Positions 31,977 through 40,772 of a stretch of DNA of 64,000 bases are shown in pieces; the stretch's first letter is position 1, and the number at the start of each line of letters is the position of its first letter. The stretch lies in assembly GCA_049510745.1 (NCBI GenBank), contig JBEKYR010000012.1:32001-96000 (forward strand). The letters run 5' to 3'. This DNA is from Verrucomicrobiota bacterium (GTDB lineage Bacteria > Verrucomicrobiota > Verrucomicrobiia > Limisphaerales > Palsa-1400). The notes below the pieces were generated by a model. It did no database searches and was not told the origin of the DNA. It saw only the letters and a list, made by a program, of their open reading frames with translations. The position numbers and the translations under genes are program-made.

Positions 31977-32597
31977 TTACGGCGGGCGGGAATGATCCCG
32001 GCTCGCGCGGTCGTCCGAGAATTGCTTCCTCCGAAGGATCATGGCGGCCAGGCCGATGATCGTGCCGGCGTACAAGCCGGTGTGGGTCCACCACACTTGT
32101 CTAAAACGGGCGAGTTGGTCCGCGTTGAGCAGGGAATTCAAGTCGGCCGAAAAACCCAGTGGATCAAAGCGGCCGGCGATCCGAGGCAGGGCCACGCCCA
32201 TGAGAACAGCCCCCGTCAGGGGCATCCACAGCGCGCCGAGGAGGCGGCGCGCCTGGGCCGGAGACATGGGTGATTTTCCGGCGCAGGCGAACAGGCAAAC
32301 CGCGCCGCCGATAATGCCGGCGGAAAACCCTTCCTTCAATCCGAACACGCCCGCCCGCCACCGCAAATCGCCGCCCTCCGCCAGCCCCTTTCCCAACGTA
32401 AAGTAATCCGGAGAAATGGAGGAAGTAATCAAGTCATTGGCCCATCCGAGAAGGGCGCCGGCGACGCCGGCAATCAACACGAAGGCGTACTCGCGGTATT
32501 TCGCGCCGCGCGCCCGGTTTCGCCAAAAATCAACGCCCGCGACCACCGCCATCAGGCCGAGCAGCAGCAAAACGCGATTGAGAAACGGGTCCCGCAC
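31977..32597 (-). CDS. Hypothetical membrane protein
   Basis: 206-aa hydrophobic ORF directly downstream of lpxB; NDLITSSISPDYF motif. Confidence 0.7.
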   Translation of the reverse strand: MRDPFLNRVLLLLGLMAVVAGVDFWRNRARGAKYREYAFVLIAGVAGALLGWANDLITSSISPDYFTLGKGLAEGGDLRWRAGVFGLKEGFSAGIIGGAVCLFACAGKSPMSPAQARRLLGALWMPLTGAVLMGVALPRIAGRFDPLGFSADLNSLLNADQLARFRQVWWTHTGLYAGTIIGLAAMILRRKQFSDDRASRDHSRPP

Positions 32598-32599
32598 GG

Positions 32600-33859
32600 T
32601 CAGGGAGAATTCGCCGCATCTGTCAACTTCAAAATGGCGGCGGCGGCGCGGGCGGCGGCCCCGGGGCCGCCCAGGGCGGAGACGACCTGGCGCAGTCTGG
32701 CCCGGATTTCCGCGCGGCGGGCGGGGTTTTCCAACAACTCCAGCGCGGCTTGGGCGATGTTTTGGGCGGTCGCCCGCCCCTGGATGAATTCCGGGCAGAG
32801 CGCCTCGCCGGCCAGAAGGTTCGGCATGGCCAGGAATTTCACGGTGACAATCCGGCGCGCGATCAAATAGGTGAGGAGCGACGTCTTATAGAGGGCGACG
32901 ACCGGGACTCCGAAGCGGGCGCATTCCAGCGTCACGGTGCCGGTGGAAGCGATGGCCAGAGTCGCGCGCGCGAGCGCCTCTTCCAATTGGCCGGTCTGGA
33001 TTTCAACCTGAGCTGCGCCAGCGATCACGGCGATGTGAGCCCGGTTGGCCACGTCATCGTTGGGGACAACGGGTTTGAATCGAACGGGCTGTCGGGCGGG
33101 GGTCAGAGTGCGGGCTGCAAGTATTACGGGAATAGAGAGGCTGGCCAATGTCTCGTTTGGGGCGACGAGTTTGAATCGAACGGGCTGCAGGGCGGCGATC
33201 ATGTCGGCGGCCGCCAGCATCACGGGGAGATGGCGCCGCAGTTCGCCCCGACGGCTGCCGGGGAGAAGAAGGATGGTCGGAATCGGGTCCGCGTTTTCCG
33301 GTTCGCCGCCGGGGGGCGGGCCGGTGTCAAACATTGGATGGCCGACGCATTCGACGCGCAGTTGCGGCAGGCGCCGGGCATACCACTCCTTTTCAAAGGG
33401 AAAGAGGCACAGGAGCAAGTCGAAGTCCCTGACCATTTTTTCGGCGCGGCCGGGACGGGAGGCCCAGACTTGGGGGGAGACGTATTTGACGATGCGCGGC
33501 CGCCAGGGCGGGGCGGCGCTCCGGCGGGCGGCCGCGCGAAGGGCGCGGGCCAGGCGGCGGTTGAAAAACTCGAAATCGACCAGGATGACCAGATCGGGCT
33601 TTTCGGCGGCAGCCAGGCGGACCAGTTGGCGCAGGCGGCGGCAGAAGAGGGGCAGTTTCCTGATGACAGCGCTCAGGCCGATGACGGCGTCAGCAGTCAA
33701 GTCGAATGACAAGGCGACGCCCGCCCCCGCCATCTTCGGTCCGCCCGCGCCGATGAAGCGGGCGGCGGGCAGAGCGGCGGCCAGGGCTTGGACCAGGGCG
33801 GCGGCGTGGGCGTCGCCGCTGGGTTCGCCCGCCACCAGCATGATGGTTCGGGGGTTCAT
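32600..33859 (-). CDS. lpxB: Lipid-A-disaccharide synthase
   Basis: MLVAGEPSGD, YVSPQVWASR, LFPFE, VGHP, LLPGSR, STGTVTLE, MPNLLAG. Confidence 0.93.
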   Translation of the reverse strand: MNPRTIMLVAGEPSGDAHAAALVQALAAALPAARFIGAGGPKMAGAGVALSFDLTADAVIGLSAVIRKLPLFCRRLRQLVRLAAAEKPDLVILVDFEFFNRRLARALRAAARRSAAPPWRPRIVKYVSPQVWASRPGRAEKMVRDFDLLLCLFPFEKEWYARRLPQLRVECVGHPMFDTGPPPGGEPENADPIPTILLLPGSRRGELRRHLPVMLAAADMIAALQPVRFKLVAPNETLASLSIPVILAARTLTPARQPVRFKPVVPNDDVANRAHIAVIAGAAQVEIQTGQLEEALARATLAIASTGTVTLECARFGVPVVALYKTSLLTYLIARRIVTVKFLAMPNLLAGEALCPEFIQGRATAQNIAQAALELLENPARRAEIRARLRQVVSALGGPGAAARAAAAILKLTDAANSP

Positions 33860-34203
33860 TTCAACTCCGCTTTCACTTCCTTGAGGAAGCCGGCGATTTT
33901 GAACGGAATGAAAGGGGCGGCCAGGCCGGTGAGAAAATCGGCGGCGGCGCCAAGGCGGGTGACGGCGGCGGGCAATCTGGTGTGCGCCCAGGGAATGGGG
34001 AAGCCTTTGAGGAGATCGGGTCCGCTGTGATATTGGAGGAAGAAGGTGAGCCAGACGGCCAGAAGGAGGCCGGCGGCGGCCACGGCGGCGATGGGGCGCC
34101 AGTCCTTGCGGGCGCGCCAAAGGGAGAGTTGGCGGCGGCCCGTGGTACAGGCCAGCCAGAGATCGAAGGCGACAACCGGGACGATGAGAAGCAAGCCGCC
34201 CAT
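33856..34203 (-). CDS. Hypothetical small membrane protein
   Basis: GGAG-poor but in operon; ATGA overlap with lpxB; hydrophobic segments. Confidence 0.65.
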   Translation of the reverse strand: MGGLLLIVPVVAFDLWLACTTGRRQLSLWRARKDWRPIAAVAAAGLLLAVWLTFFLQYHSGPDLLKGFPIPWAHTRLPAAVTRLGAAADFLTGLAAPFIPFKIAGFLKEVKAELK

Positions 34204-34209
34204 AGGAGG

Positions 34210-35229
34210 TTAACGGGCCGATTGAATCTGGCGTGTGATCTCGAAGGCGAGGTCGAGGGCGCGTTTGGCGACGGCGCCGCTGACTTTGGGAGTCTGGCGG
34301 GACTGGACGCAGCGGATGAAATCGCGCAATTCGAGCTTGAGCGGCTCGTCCTTTTCAATCGGCACCGGTTCGCGCACGATTTTGCGCCCAGCGAATTCGC
34401 TGACGATGGCGGAGTCCTTGCCGCGGAGGAGTTTTTTGAGCAACGACGATTGCTCCTCGCCGTCGCGGGCGACGCGATAAATGAAGCCTTCCTGGGCGCG
34501 GTAATCGAGGGAGACATAACTGGTGATCGCGCCGCCGCTAAAGACGCGGATTTTGCGCGTGCGCTCCGGGCTGATGCGGCTGGCGGTGAGATTGGCCACG
34601 CAGCCGTTGGCGAAGCGGAGCCGGGCATTGGCGATGTCCTCGGTCTGGCTGAGGACGGGAATGCCGACGGCCTCGACACTGGCCACAGTGGAGCGCACCA
34701 AACTGAGCACGACATCCAGATCGTGAATCATCAGGTCCAGCACAACGCCGATGTCGGTGCTGCGATTGGGGAAGGGGGAAAGGCGATTGGTTTCAATGAA
34801 GCGCGGATCGGTGGCGACTTGCTCCAGGTAGGCCAGGACGGGATTGAAGCGTTCGACGTGCCCGACCTGTAGGACGACGGAGCTTGCCTGCGCCAGTTCC
34901 ACCAATTGACCGGCCTGGGCGGCGTTGTCGGTCATCGGTTTTTCCACCAAGGCATGTTTGCCGGCGGCAAGGATGCGTTTGGCCAGGTCGAAATGGGTGT
35001 GGGTGGGGGTCACGACGCTGAAGGCTTCGGCGGCGGCAAGGGCGTCGTCGAGCGAGGCGAAGACGGGGACGCGGTATTTGGCGGCGATTTTGGCGGCTTG
35101 GGCGGGGGAAAGGTCATGGACGCCGGCGAAATGGATTTGGCCGGCGGCGGCGAGTTGGGCGTAGATGCGGGCGTGTTCCTTGCCCAGGGAGCCAACGCCG
35201 AGCACCGCGACATTAAGTAGTGAGTTCAA
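34210..35229 (-). CDS. Gfo/Idh/MocA oxidoreductase (GnnA-like)
   Basis: GVGSLG, VEKPM, VGHVERFNP, DLMIHDLD; in an operon with lpxB. Confidence 0.88.
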   Translation of the reverse strand: MNSLLNVAVLGVGSLGKEHARIYAQLAAAGQIHFAGVHDLSPAQAAKIAAKYRVPVFASLDDALAAAEAFSVVTPTHTHFDLAKRILAAGKHALVEKPMTDNAAQAGQLVELAQASSVVLQVGHVERFNPVLAYLEQVATDPRFIETNRLSPFPNRSTDIGVVLDLMIHDLDVVLSLVRSTVASVEAVGIPVLSQTEDIANARLRFANGCVANLTASRISPERTRKIRVFSGGAITSYVSLDYRAQEGFIYRVARDGEEQSSLLKKLLRGKDSAIVSEFAGRKIVREPVPIEKDEPLKLELRDFIRCVQSRQTPKVSGAVAKRALDLAFEITRQIQSAR

Positions 35230-35406
35230 AGTTCAAGGCCTGCTGCTCTTAATCCTAGTCTCCCTCCGTCCTCCCACGCAACCAACTTTGAGGAAGAAGG
35301 ATGAAGGATGAAGTGAGCGGGCGGCGCGGGCGGTTACGGCTTGGGGTTGGCGGGCTGGCCGGGAAAAGGATTAAGATAAAGGGCAGGCTTAGGAGCAGGA
35401 GAAAGA

Positions 35407-36099
35407 TTAGCTCAGGTCAAAAAGAAGGACTTGCGAGGGTTCGATTGCGCTCAATTCCAGGGAGGTTTCTTCGCTGACAGCCGCCGCGTCGCCGCCGCAC
35501 AGTTTTTCCCCGTTGAGAGATACTTGGCCTTCGGCCACGTGAATCCAGGCATGGCGTCCTTTGGCCAATTTATGGGTGGCGTGATTCCTGGCGCTGAATC
35601 TGGCCAGCCAGAGATCGGCGTCCTGATGAATGGCGATGGAGCCGTCGCGGCCCGTCTTGCTCGTGACCAGGAGCAGCGTTCCGACCGGCGCGTCCGCCAG
35701 CGATTTCTCCGCGTAACGCGGCGTGACACCTTTGCGATCCGGTTGAATCCAGATTTGGAGGAGATGCACCGGCTCGTCCTTTGACGGGTTGAATTCGCTG
35801 TGTTGCACGCCGGTCCCGGCAGCCATGTATTGCACCTCGCCTGGGCGGATGACGCGGCCGTTGCCCATCGAATCCTTGTGCTGCAGCGCGCCGCTGAGGA
35901 TGTAGGTGATGATCTCCATGTCGCGATGCGGATGCGTCCCGAAACCCATCCCCGGCATCACCAGATCGTCGTTGATGACGCGGAGGCTGCGGAAGCCCAT
36001 CCATTGCGGGTCGTAATAATCCGCGAAGCTGAAAGTGTGATAAGTGTCGAGCCACCCGTGTGCGGCGTGGCCCCGTTCGTTTGCTTTTCGAATTTTCAT
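35407..36099 (-). CDS. Pirin-family protein (YhhW-like)
   Basis: HTFSFADYYDP, FGTHPHRDMEI, HKDSMGN, HSEFN, LQIWI. Confidence 0.95.
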   Translation of the reverse strand: MKIRKANERGHAAHGWLDTYHTFSFADYYDPQWMGFRSLRVINDDLVMPGMGFGTHPHRDMEIITYILSGALQHKDSMGNGRVIRPGEVQYMAAGTGVQHSEFNPSKDEPVHLLQIWIQPDRKGVTPRYAEKSLADAPVGTLLLVTSKTGRDGSIAIHQDADLWLARFSARNHATHKLAKGRHAWIHVAEGQVSLNGEKLCGGDAAAVSEETSLELSAIEPSQVLLFDLS

Positions 36100-36143
36100 T
36101 TTGAAGAACGGGATTTATTGGAGAGGGCGCAGGTCCTGGGCCG

Positions 36144-38786
36144 TTATTCGGGCGGGCGGATGATGGCGATGACGGCACGGCCGGGCGTCAAGTACTTTTC
36201 AGCCACTTCCTTGATTTGCTCCAGCCGGACGGCTTCGTAGCGGGCGTCCTCGGTGTCGATGTGGCCGTAGCCAAGGCCGTAAAGTTCGTCCAGCGCGACG
36301 GAGACGGCCAGGCCGCCGAGGTCCTGGCGGGCGATTTTCTTCTGGCCAATGACTTTGGCCTTGCAGCGCGCCAACTCCTCCGCGGTAAATCCTTCCGTGC
36401 GCAACAATTCCGTCTCCTTGAGCAATTCCTTTTCGACCTCGGCCAGTTTCTCCGGGGCGGTGCCGACGTAAAACGCGAAGTAGCCGGGATTCAATCCGAG
36501 GAAATTCTGCGCGCCCACATAGTAGGCCAGGCCGAGTTTTTCGCGGACGCGCAGGAACAGGCGCGATCCCAGGTCGCTGCACCCTTCCTGCAACAGTTCC
36601 AGGGCGTATCGGTCAGGGTCGTGGATGGTGAGGCCCGGAAAACCAATGATGATGACGGCTTGTTTTTTGTCGCGGGTTTCGGTGACGCGCTTGATTTCGG
36701 AGAGGGACGGCGGCGCCGTCCGCAGCGGAGGGACGGCCGGCCTTTCTTTCCAAGGTCCGAAGGCCCTCTCGACGGCGGCTCTGAGTTGATCGGTGTGAAC
36801 GTCGCCAAAAGCCGCCAGCACGGCGTTGTTGGGGACGACCTTCTCTTTGTAAAAGGCAGCCAAGTCCTGCGGACGCAAGGCGGCCACGCTCGATTCGGCG
36901 CCCAGCGGGTCCAAACCGTAGCCGGTGTCGCCGAAAAGGCCGCGGCGCATGGCCTGGTTGCAGGATTGCAGCAACTGGTCCCGTTGGGCGCGGATGAGAT
37001 CGAGTTGGATGGCCCGTTCGCGCTCGAAGGCCGCCGCCGGAAAGGAGGGATTGAGCACGACATCGGCAAAAACGTCCAGGCCGGTATCGAGGTCGCTGCT
37101 GAGCACTTCGGCGGTGACGCCGAAACTGTTGTTGCCGCCAAAAGAGTCGATGCTGCCGCCGACCGACTCGATGGCGAGGGCGATTTGCTCCGCGCTGCGG
37201 CGGCGGGTGCCCTGGAGCAACATCTTTGAAACCAACTGGGTGAGGCCGCTGGTGGAAAGGGACTCGGCCAGGACGCCGCCCCGGAAGACGGCGCGCAATT
37301 CGACGAAGGGCAGGCGGTGGTCTTCTTTGACCAGCAACCGGAGGCCGTTGGGGAAAACAATCTTCCGCACCGCCGAATCGGCGGAAACGGGCAGGGTCTC
37401 CGCGGCTTTGGGCGCCGCGCCCGCCGGCAACAGGGCGTAGAAGGTGCGATTGGCGGGAGTCAAATAGTCGCGCGCCGCCCGTTGGAGGGCGGCGGGGGTG
37501 ACCTGGCGGGCGGCGGCGAGGTAACGCTCGGAAAAATTCAGGTCGCTGGCGGCGACCCAGTTTGCGCCGAGGTCCTGGGCCTGGCCTTGCATGGTTTTGC
37601 GGGTGGCCAGAGTGCCGGCGACGAATTGCTTGATGACTTTGGCCAATTCAGCCGGGGCCGGCGGTTTGTTCTGGATGCGCCGCACCTCGGCCAGGAGGGC
37701 GTCGCGGGCGGCGGCAAATTTGTCCGCCGTTGTCACGGCGCTCATGCCAAAGAGACCCTGTTCGCCCGGATTGTAGGTCCAGGCTTCGGCGGAAGTGACC
37801 AGGCCGAGCTTTTCGCGCACTTGGCGGAACAAGCGCGAACTGCGGCCGCTGCCCAAAAGGGAGGCCAACAGGTCCAGCGCCGGGGTGTCGGGGTGCCGGA
37901 CATCCGGGATGTGCCAGGCGAAATGAAAATAGGCCAGCTCGACGGCGCCTTCCTCGATGATTTCGCGCGGGGCGGTCTGGCGCGGTTCGAGGGGAAGCAC
38001 CTGGGGCGGCAACGCCTTGGCCTTGCATTGGGCAAAGGCCGAACCAATCTGCCCGATCACGTCGTCCGGCTTGATGTCGCCGGCGACCACGAAGAAAATG
38101 TTGTTGGGCACATATTTTTCGCGGTAATAGCCCAGAATGTCGTCCGGCGTGAGGGTGTCAAAAATATCCGGGTAGCCGATGATGGTGAAGCGATAAGGGC
38201 TTTTGGTGAAGGCGCACTCGAACAAGCGGCGGCCGGCGCGCCGGCCGGGATCGTCCTGGTTCATGTCCATTTCGCGGCGGATGACGTCCAGTTCCTTGCT
38301 CAATTCCTCGGGGGGCAAGGTGGCGTTTTGCATGATGTCGCAGAGAATGTCGATGGCGACAGTGGCGCCGGTGTTGGGGACGTTGATGTGATAGACGGTG
38401 CGGTCAAAGGAGGTGAAGGCGTTCATGTAACCGCCGGCCGACTGCACTTCCTGATCGATGCGGCTGCCGGGGCGGGTGGTGGTGCCCTTGAAGAGCATGT
38501 GCTCCAGCACGTGGGACAAGCCGGCCCCAAGCCATTTACCCTCCGAAATGCTCCCGGTCAGGCACCAGGCCTGCGCGGAAACGACGGGCGCGCTGTGGTC
38601 TTCGCGCGTGATGACCACCAAACCATTGTCCAAAGTTGTCAGCCGCGTTCCCGGCGGCATGGGAGGAATGTCGATGGCGGCGGGGCGCGCCCGACGCTTG
38701 GCCGGGACGCGCTTGCCGGTCGCGCCGAGGGTCGGACGTGCCGTCGGCGCGAGCAGGCCGAGCCTTTTCTTTTCACCGTTCTTCAT
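36144..38786 (-). CDS. M16 (pitrilysin-family) zinc peptidase
   Basis: HVLEHMLFKGT (HxxEH), NAFTS, second inactive M16 half; start uncertain. Confidence 0.92.
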   Translation of the reverse strand: MKNGEKKRLGLLAPTARPTLGATGKRVPAKRRARPAAIDIPPMPPGTRLTTLDNGLVVITREDHSAPVVSAQAWCLTGSISEGKWLGAGLSHVLEHMLFKGTTTRPGSRIDQEVQSAGGYMNAFTSFDRTVYHINVPNTGATVAIDILCDIMQNATLPPEELSKELDVIRREMDMNQDDPGRRAGRRLFECAFTKSPYRFTIIGYPDIFDTLTPDDILGYYREKYVPNNIFFVVAGDIKPDDVIGQIGSAFAQCKAKALPPQVLPLEPRQTAPREIIEEGAVELAYFHFAWHIPDVRHPDTPALDLLASLLGSGRSSRLFRQVREKLGLVTSAEAWTYNPGEQGLFGMSAVTTADKFAAARDALLAEVRRIQNKPPAPAELAKVIKQFVAGTLATRKTMQGQAQDLGANWVAASDLNFSERYLAAARQVTPAALQRAARDYLTPANRTFYALLPAGAAPKAAETLPVSADSAVRKIVFPNGLRLLVKEDHRLPFVELRAVFRGGVLAESLSTSGLTQLVSKMLLQGTRRRSAEQIALAIESVGGSIDSFGGNNSFGVTAEVLSSDLDTGLDVFADVVLNPSFPAAAFERERAIQLDLIRAQRDQLLQSCNQAMRRGLFGDTGYGLDPLGAESSVAALRPQDLAAFYKEKVVPNNAVLAAFGDVHTDQLRAAVERAFGPWKERPAVPPLRTAPPSLSEIKRVTETRDKKQAVIIIGFPGLTIHDPDRYALELLQEGCSDLGSRLFLRVREKLGLAYYVGAQNFLGLNPGYFAFYVGTAPEKLAEVEKELLKETELLRTEGFTAEELARCKAKVIGQKKIARQDLGGLAVSVALDELYGLGYGHIDTEDARYEAVRLEQIKEVAEKYLTPGRAVIAIIRPPE

Positions 38787-38857
38787 CTGGCCGGGAACGG
38801 TAAGGAGTTTCCCCTGCGGACGCAAGAAATGCCGTGCAGTTCCTTCGCCCTTCGATC

Positions 38858-40069
38858 TTAGAGCATTGCGGGAAAGACGCGGGCGAAGACGTTGCTTTGA
38901 TCGACTTGAAACGACGCGGGAGGATTGCCATTGTCCCGCAGCGCAGCCTGAGCGAGAGCAATGCCGACGCCGAAACGCTGGACCAGATTCAACACCCGCA
39001 TGGCTTCGGCCAAATGAGGGTTGCGATAATCGGCGATGCCCGGTTGACCGAAGTTGGCGACGGTGACATTGCCGAAGGGGCCGCCGGGACTCATGATTTC
39101 AATGCGGTCGTCAAACCAATAAGCGCGCACGGGGGCATTGGTGGACTCGTAGGCGCGGTGCATCACAGCATTGCGGGTCAGTTGTTGAAGGGCAACAGGC
39201 GGGTAAAGGAAGCGCCGGACCTCGCGATCCTGCGAAGTGAAGTCCACAGTCACGCGATTATGCGCGGCCATCTTTTCATCCAGGCGGCGGATCATGGAGG
39301 AAAGATGGCCGTCCAAGACTGCTTCATCCACGATGGGATCACTCCATTGGGTGCCCTGCACGCGCAGAAACTGAACGTAGGCGCCCGGCAGCCAGCGCGA
39401 AGGCGCGCGGGACAAAGCCAGCAGCCCGAGCACGGTGGGAATGGGTTCATCCTCAGCAACAATCATGCGGCAGGCCGAGAGACGTTGTTCGTAACTGCGG
39501 TCGTTGGCGGCGAGAATTTCCGGCGCGAATGCTCCCGGGAGATACTCCTCCTCAAAGAAGGTGCGGCTGAGGTCGCCAATCTTGGCGGAGGGACGCGGCG
39601 AGATGTCGAATGGAATATCGCGGTGCCGGCGCTTTTCATTGAGGATGCGCTCATCCTGGGCCGTAGCGATGCGGCGGCTGGGGCCAACGCGAATCCATAT
39701 CCTGCCTTTGTAACGAACCGGAGGCGCATCGGCCGGCCAGACCATAACGACGGCGACTTCAGCGCCTTTGAAAACGCGCTTTTCGACAGTCATCGTTGGC
39801 GGCGGAAGGATATTGCCATTTGACCTCGTGTCAGCCAGGGTCGTCAGCAATTGGTCAGTGATTGTCGCCTTAATCGGATTCCCGTCGTCATCGACGCCGA
39901 CAAAAAGCACGCCCGGCTGCTGATGATTAGGCAGGTCGTTGGCAAACGCGCAAATCGCCTGGCATCCTTTGTCCGGCGCGTCCCCTGTCCACGTCTGCTT
40001 GCGCTCGGCTCTGTCCGATTCGAGATCGTTGAGCAGTGCTTCAAGTTCGTTGTTTGTCAAGCGCGTCAT
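38858..40069 (-). CDS. Schlafen/AlbA_2 domain + HATPase_c_4 (RecG-C-like) protein
   Basis: ESDRAERK, AICAFAN..GVLFVGVDD, NAVMHRAY, DRIEIMSPGG, RNPHLAE, FGVGI. Confidence 0.85.
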   Translation of the reverse strand: MTRLTNNELEALLNDLESDRAERKQTWTGDAPDKGCQAICAFANDLPNHQQPGVLFVGVDDDGNPIKATITDQLLTTLADTRSNGNILPPPTMTVEKRVFKGAEVAVVMVWPADAPPVRYKGRIWIRVGPSRRIATAQDERILNEKRRHRDIPFDISPRPSAKIGDLSRTFFEEEYLPGAFAPEILAANDRSYEQRLSACRMIVAEDEPIPTVLGLLALSRAPSRWLPGAYVQFLRVQGTQWSDPIVDEAVLDGHLSSMIRRLDEKMAAHNRVTVDFTSQDREVRRFLYPPVALQQLTRNAVMHRAYESTNAPVRAYWFDDRIEIMSPGGPFGNVTVANFGQPGIADYRNPHLAEAMRVLNLVQRFGVGIALAQAALRDNGNPPASFQVDQSNVFARVFPAML

Positions 40070-40163
40070 CGCGGCGAAGTCTGCTCGCAATTGTGAGATT
40101 GTTCAACCCGATAACGGCATTGCCGGCCTGCGTGCCCCAAAAGTCCCCGCCCGCCATGCCGGC

Positions 40164-40598
40164 TCAGTCCCCGACGGTGATTTTCGGCTTGGGGGCTTTG
40201 GGGGCGGAGGCAGCCGTCTTGGTGGGGAGGAAGGGCTTGCGGAAGGCGTCGTCGAAACTGAAGTGGCCTTTGAAATCTGCGCGGCTGTCGGTCTCGGTTT
40301 TGGAGGCGACGCCGTGCTCGATCATGTTGAAGACGATTTCGCCAATGTCTTCGCAGGAATGAATGCCCCATTCGCCCAGAACGGTCGGCACCATGGGACC
40401 GAAGGAGTCGAGGGCGTATTGGCGGAGGCCGTCCAGGAGTTCCTTGCCGGCGACGTGCTTGTGCTCGGATTTGGTGCGGCCCAGGGCGCGCTGGGTGTAT
40501 TGCAGGGCTTCCTGGACAAAAATGTAGGCTTCATAGGGGAAACGGGGATCCGCCGCCACTATTTTTCTGATGTCGTCTTCGAGATTCGCAGGCCGCAT
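40164..40598 (-). CDS. Minf_1886-family (Planctomycete/Verrucomicrobia) conserved protein
   Basis: DPRF..EAY.FV.EAL, HVAGKELL, FGPM, WGIHSCEDIGEIVFNM. Confidence 0.85.
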   Translation of the reverse strand: MRPANLEDDIRKIVAADPRFPYEAYIFVQEALQYTQRALGRTKSEHKHVAGKELLDGLRQYALDSFGPMVPTVLGEWGIHSCEDIGEIVFNMIEHGVASKTETDSRADFKGHFSFDDAFRKPFLPTKTAASAPKAPKPKITVGD

Positions 40599-40599
40599 A

Positions 40600-40731
40600 T
40601 CAGGATTTCTGCCGCAACAACGCCGGAGCGGATGGATGAGCCGTGCGGTAATCCTTCACGGCCCATCCAAATAACACCAACGCAAGTATGAGACACAGCA
40701 CAATCTGTTCCTGTCTTGTCAGGTATCTCAC
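40600..40731 (-). CDS. Small single-TM protein (43 aa), not in the ORF track
   Basis: GTG start; MRYLTRQEQIVLCLILALVLFGWAVKDYRTAHPSAPALLRQKS; stop is 1 nt before the next ATG. Confidence 0.6.
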   Translation of the reverse strand: MRYLTRQEQIVLCLILALVLFGWAVKDYRTAHPSAPALLRQKS

Positions 40732-40772
40732 GCAATCACTATACAGCAGATTCCCTAATTTCAAATTTAAAA

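Noticed and set aside
40633..40668. Hairpin as an independent ncRNA
   Set aside because: Lies within the 43-aa ORF, which explains the region better
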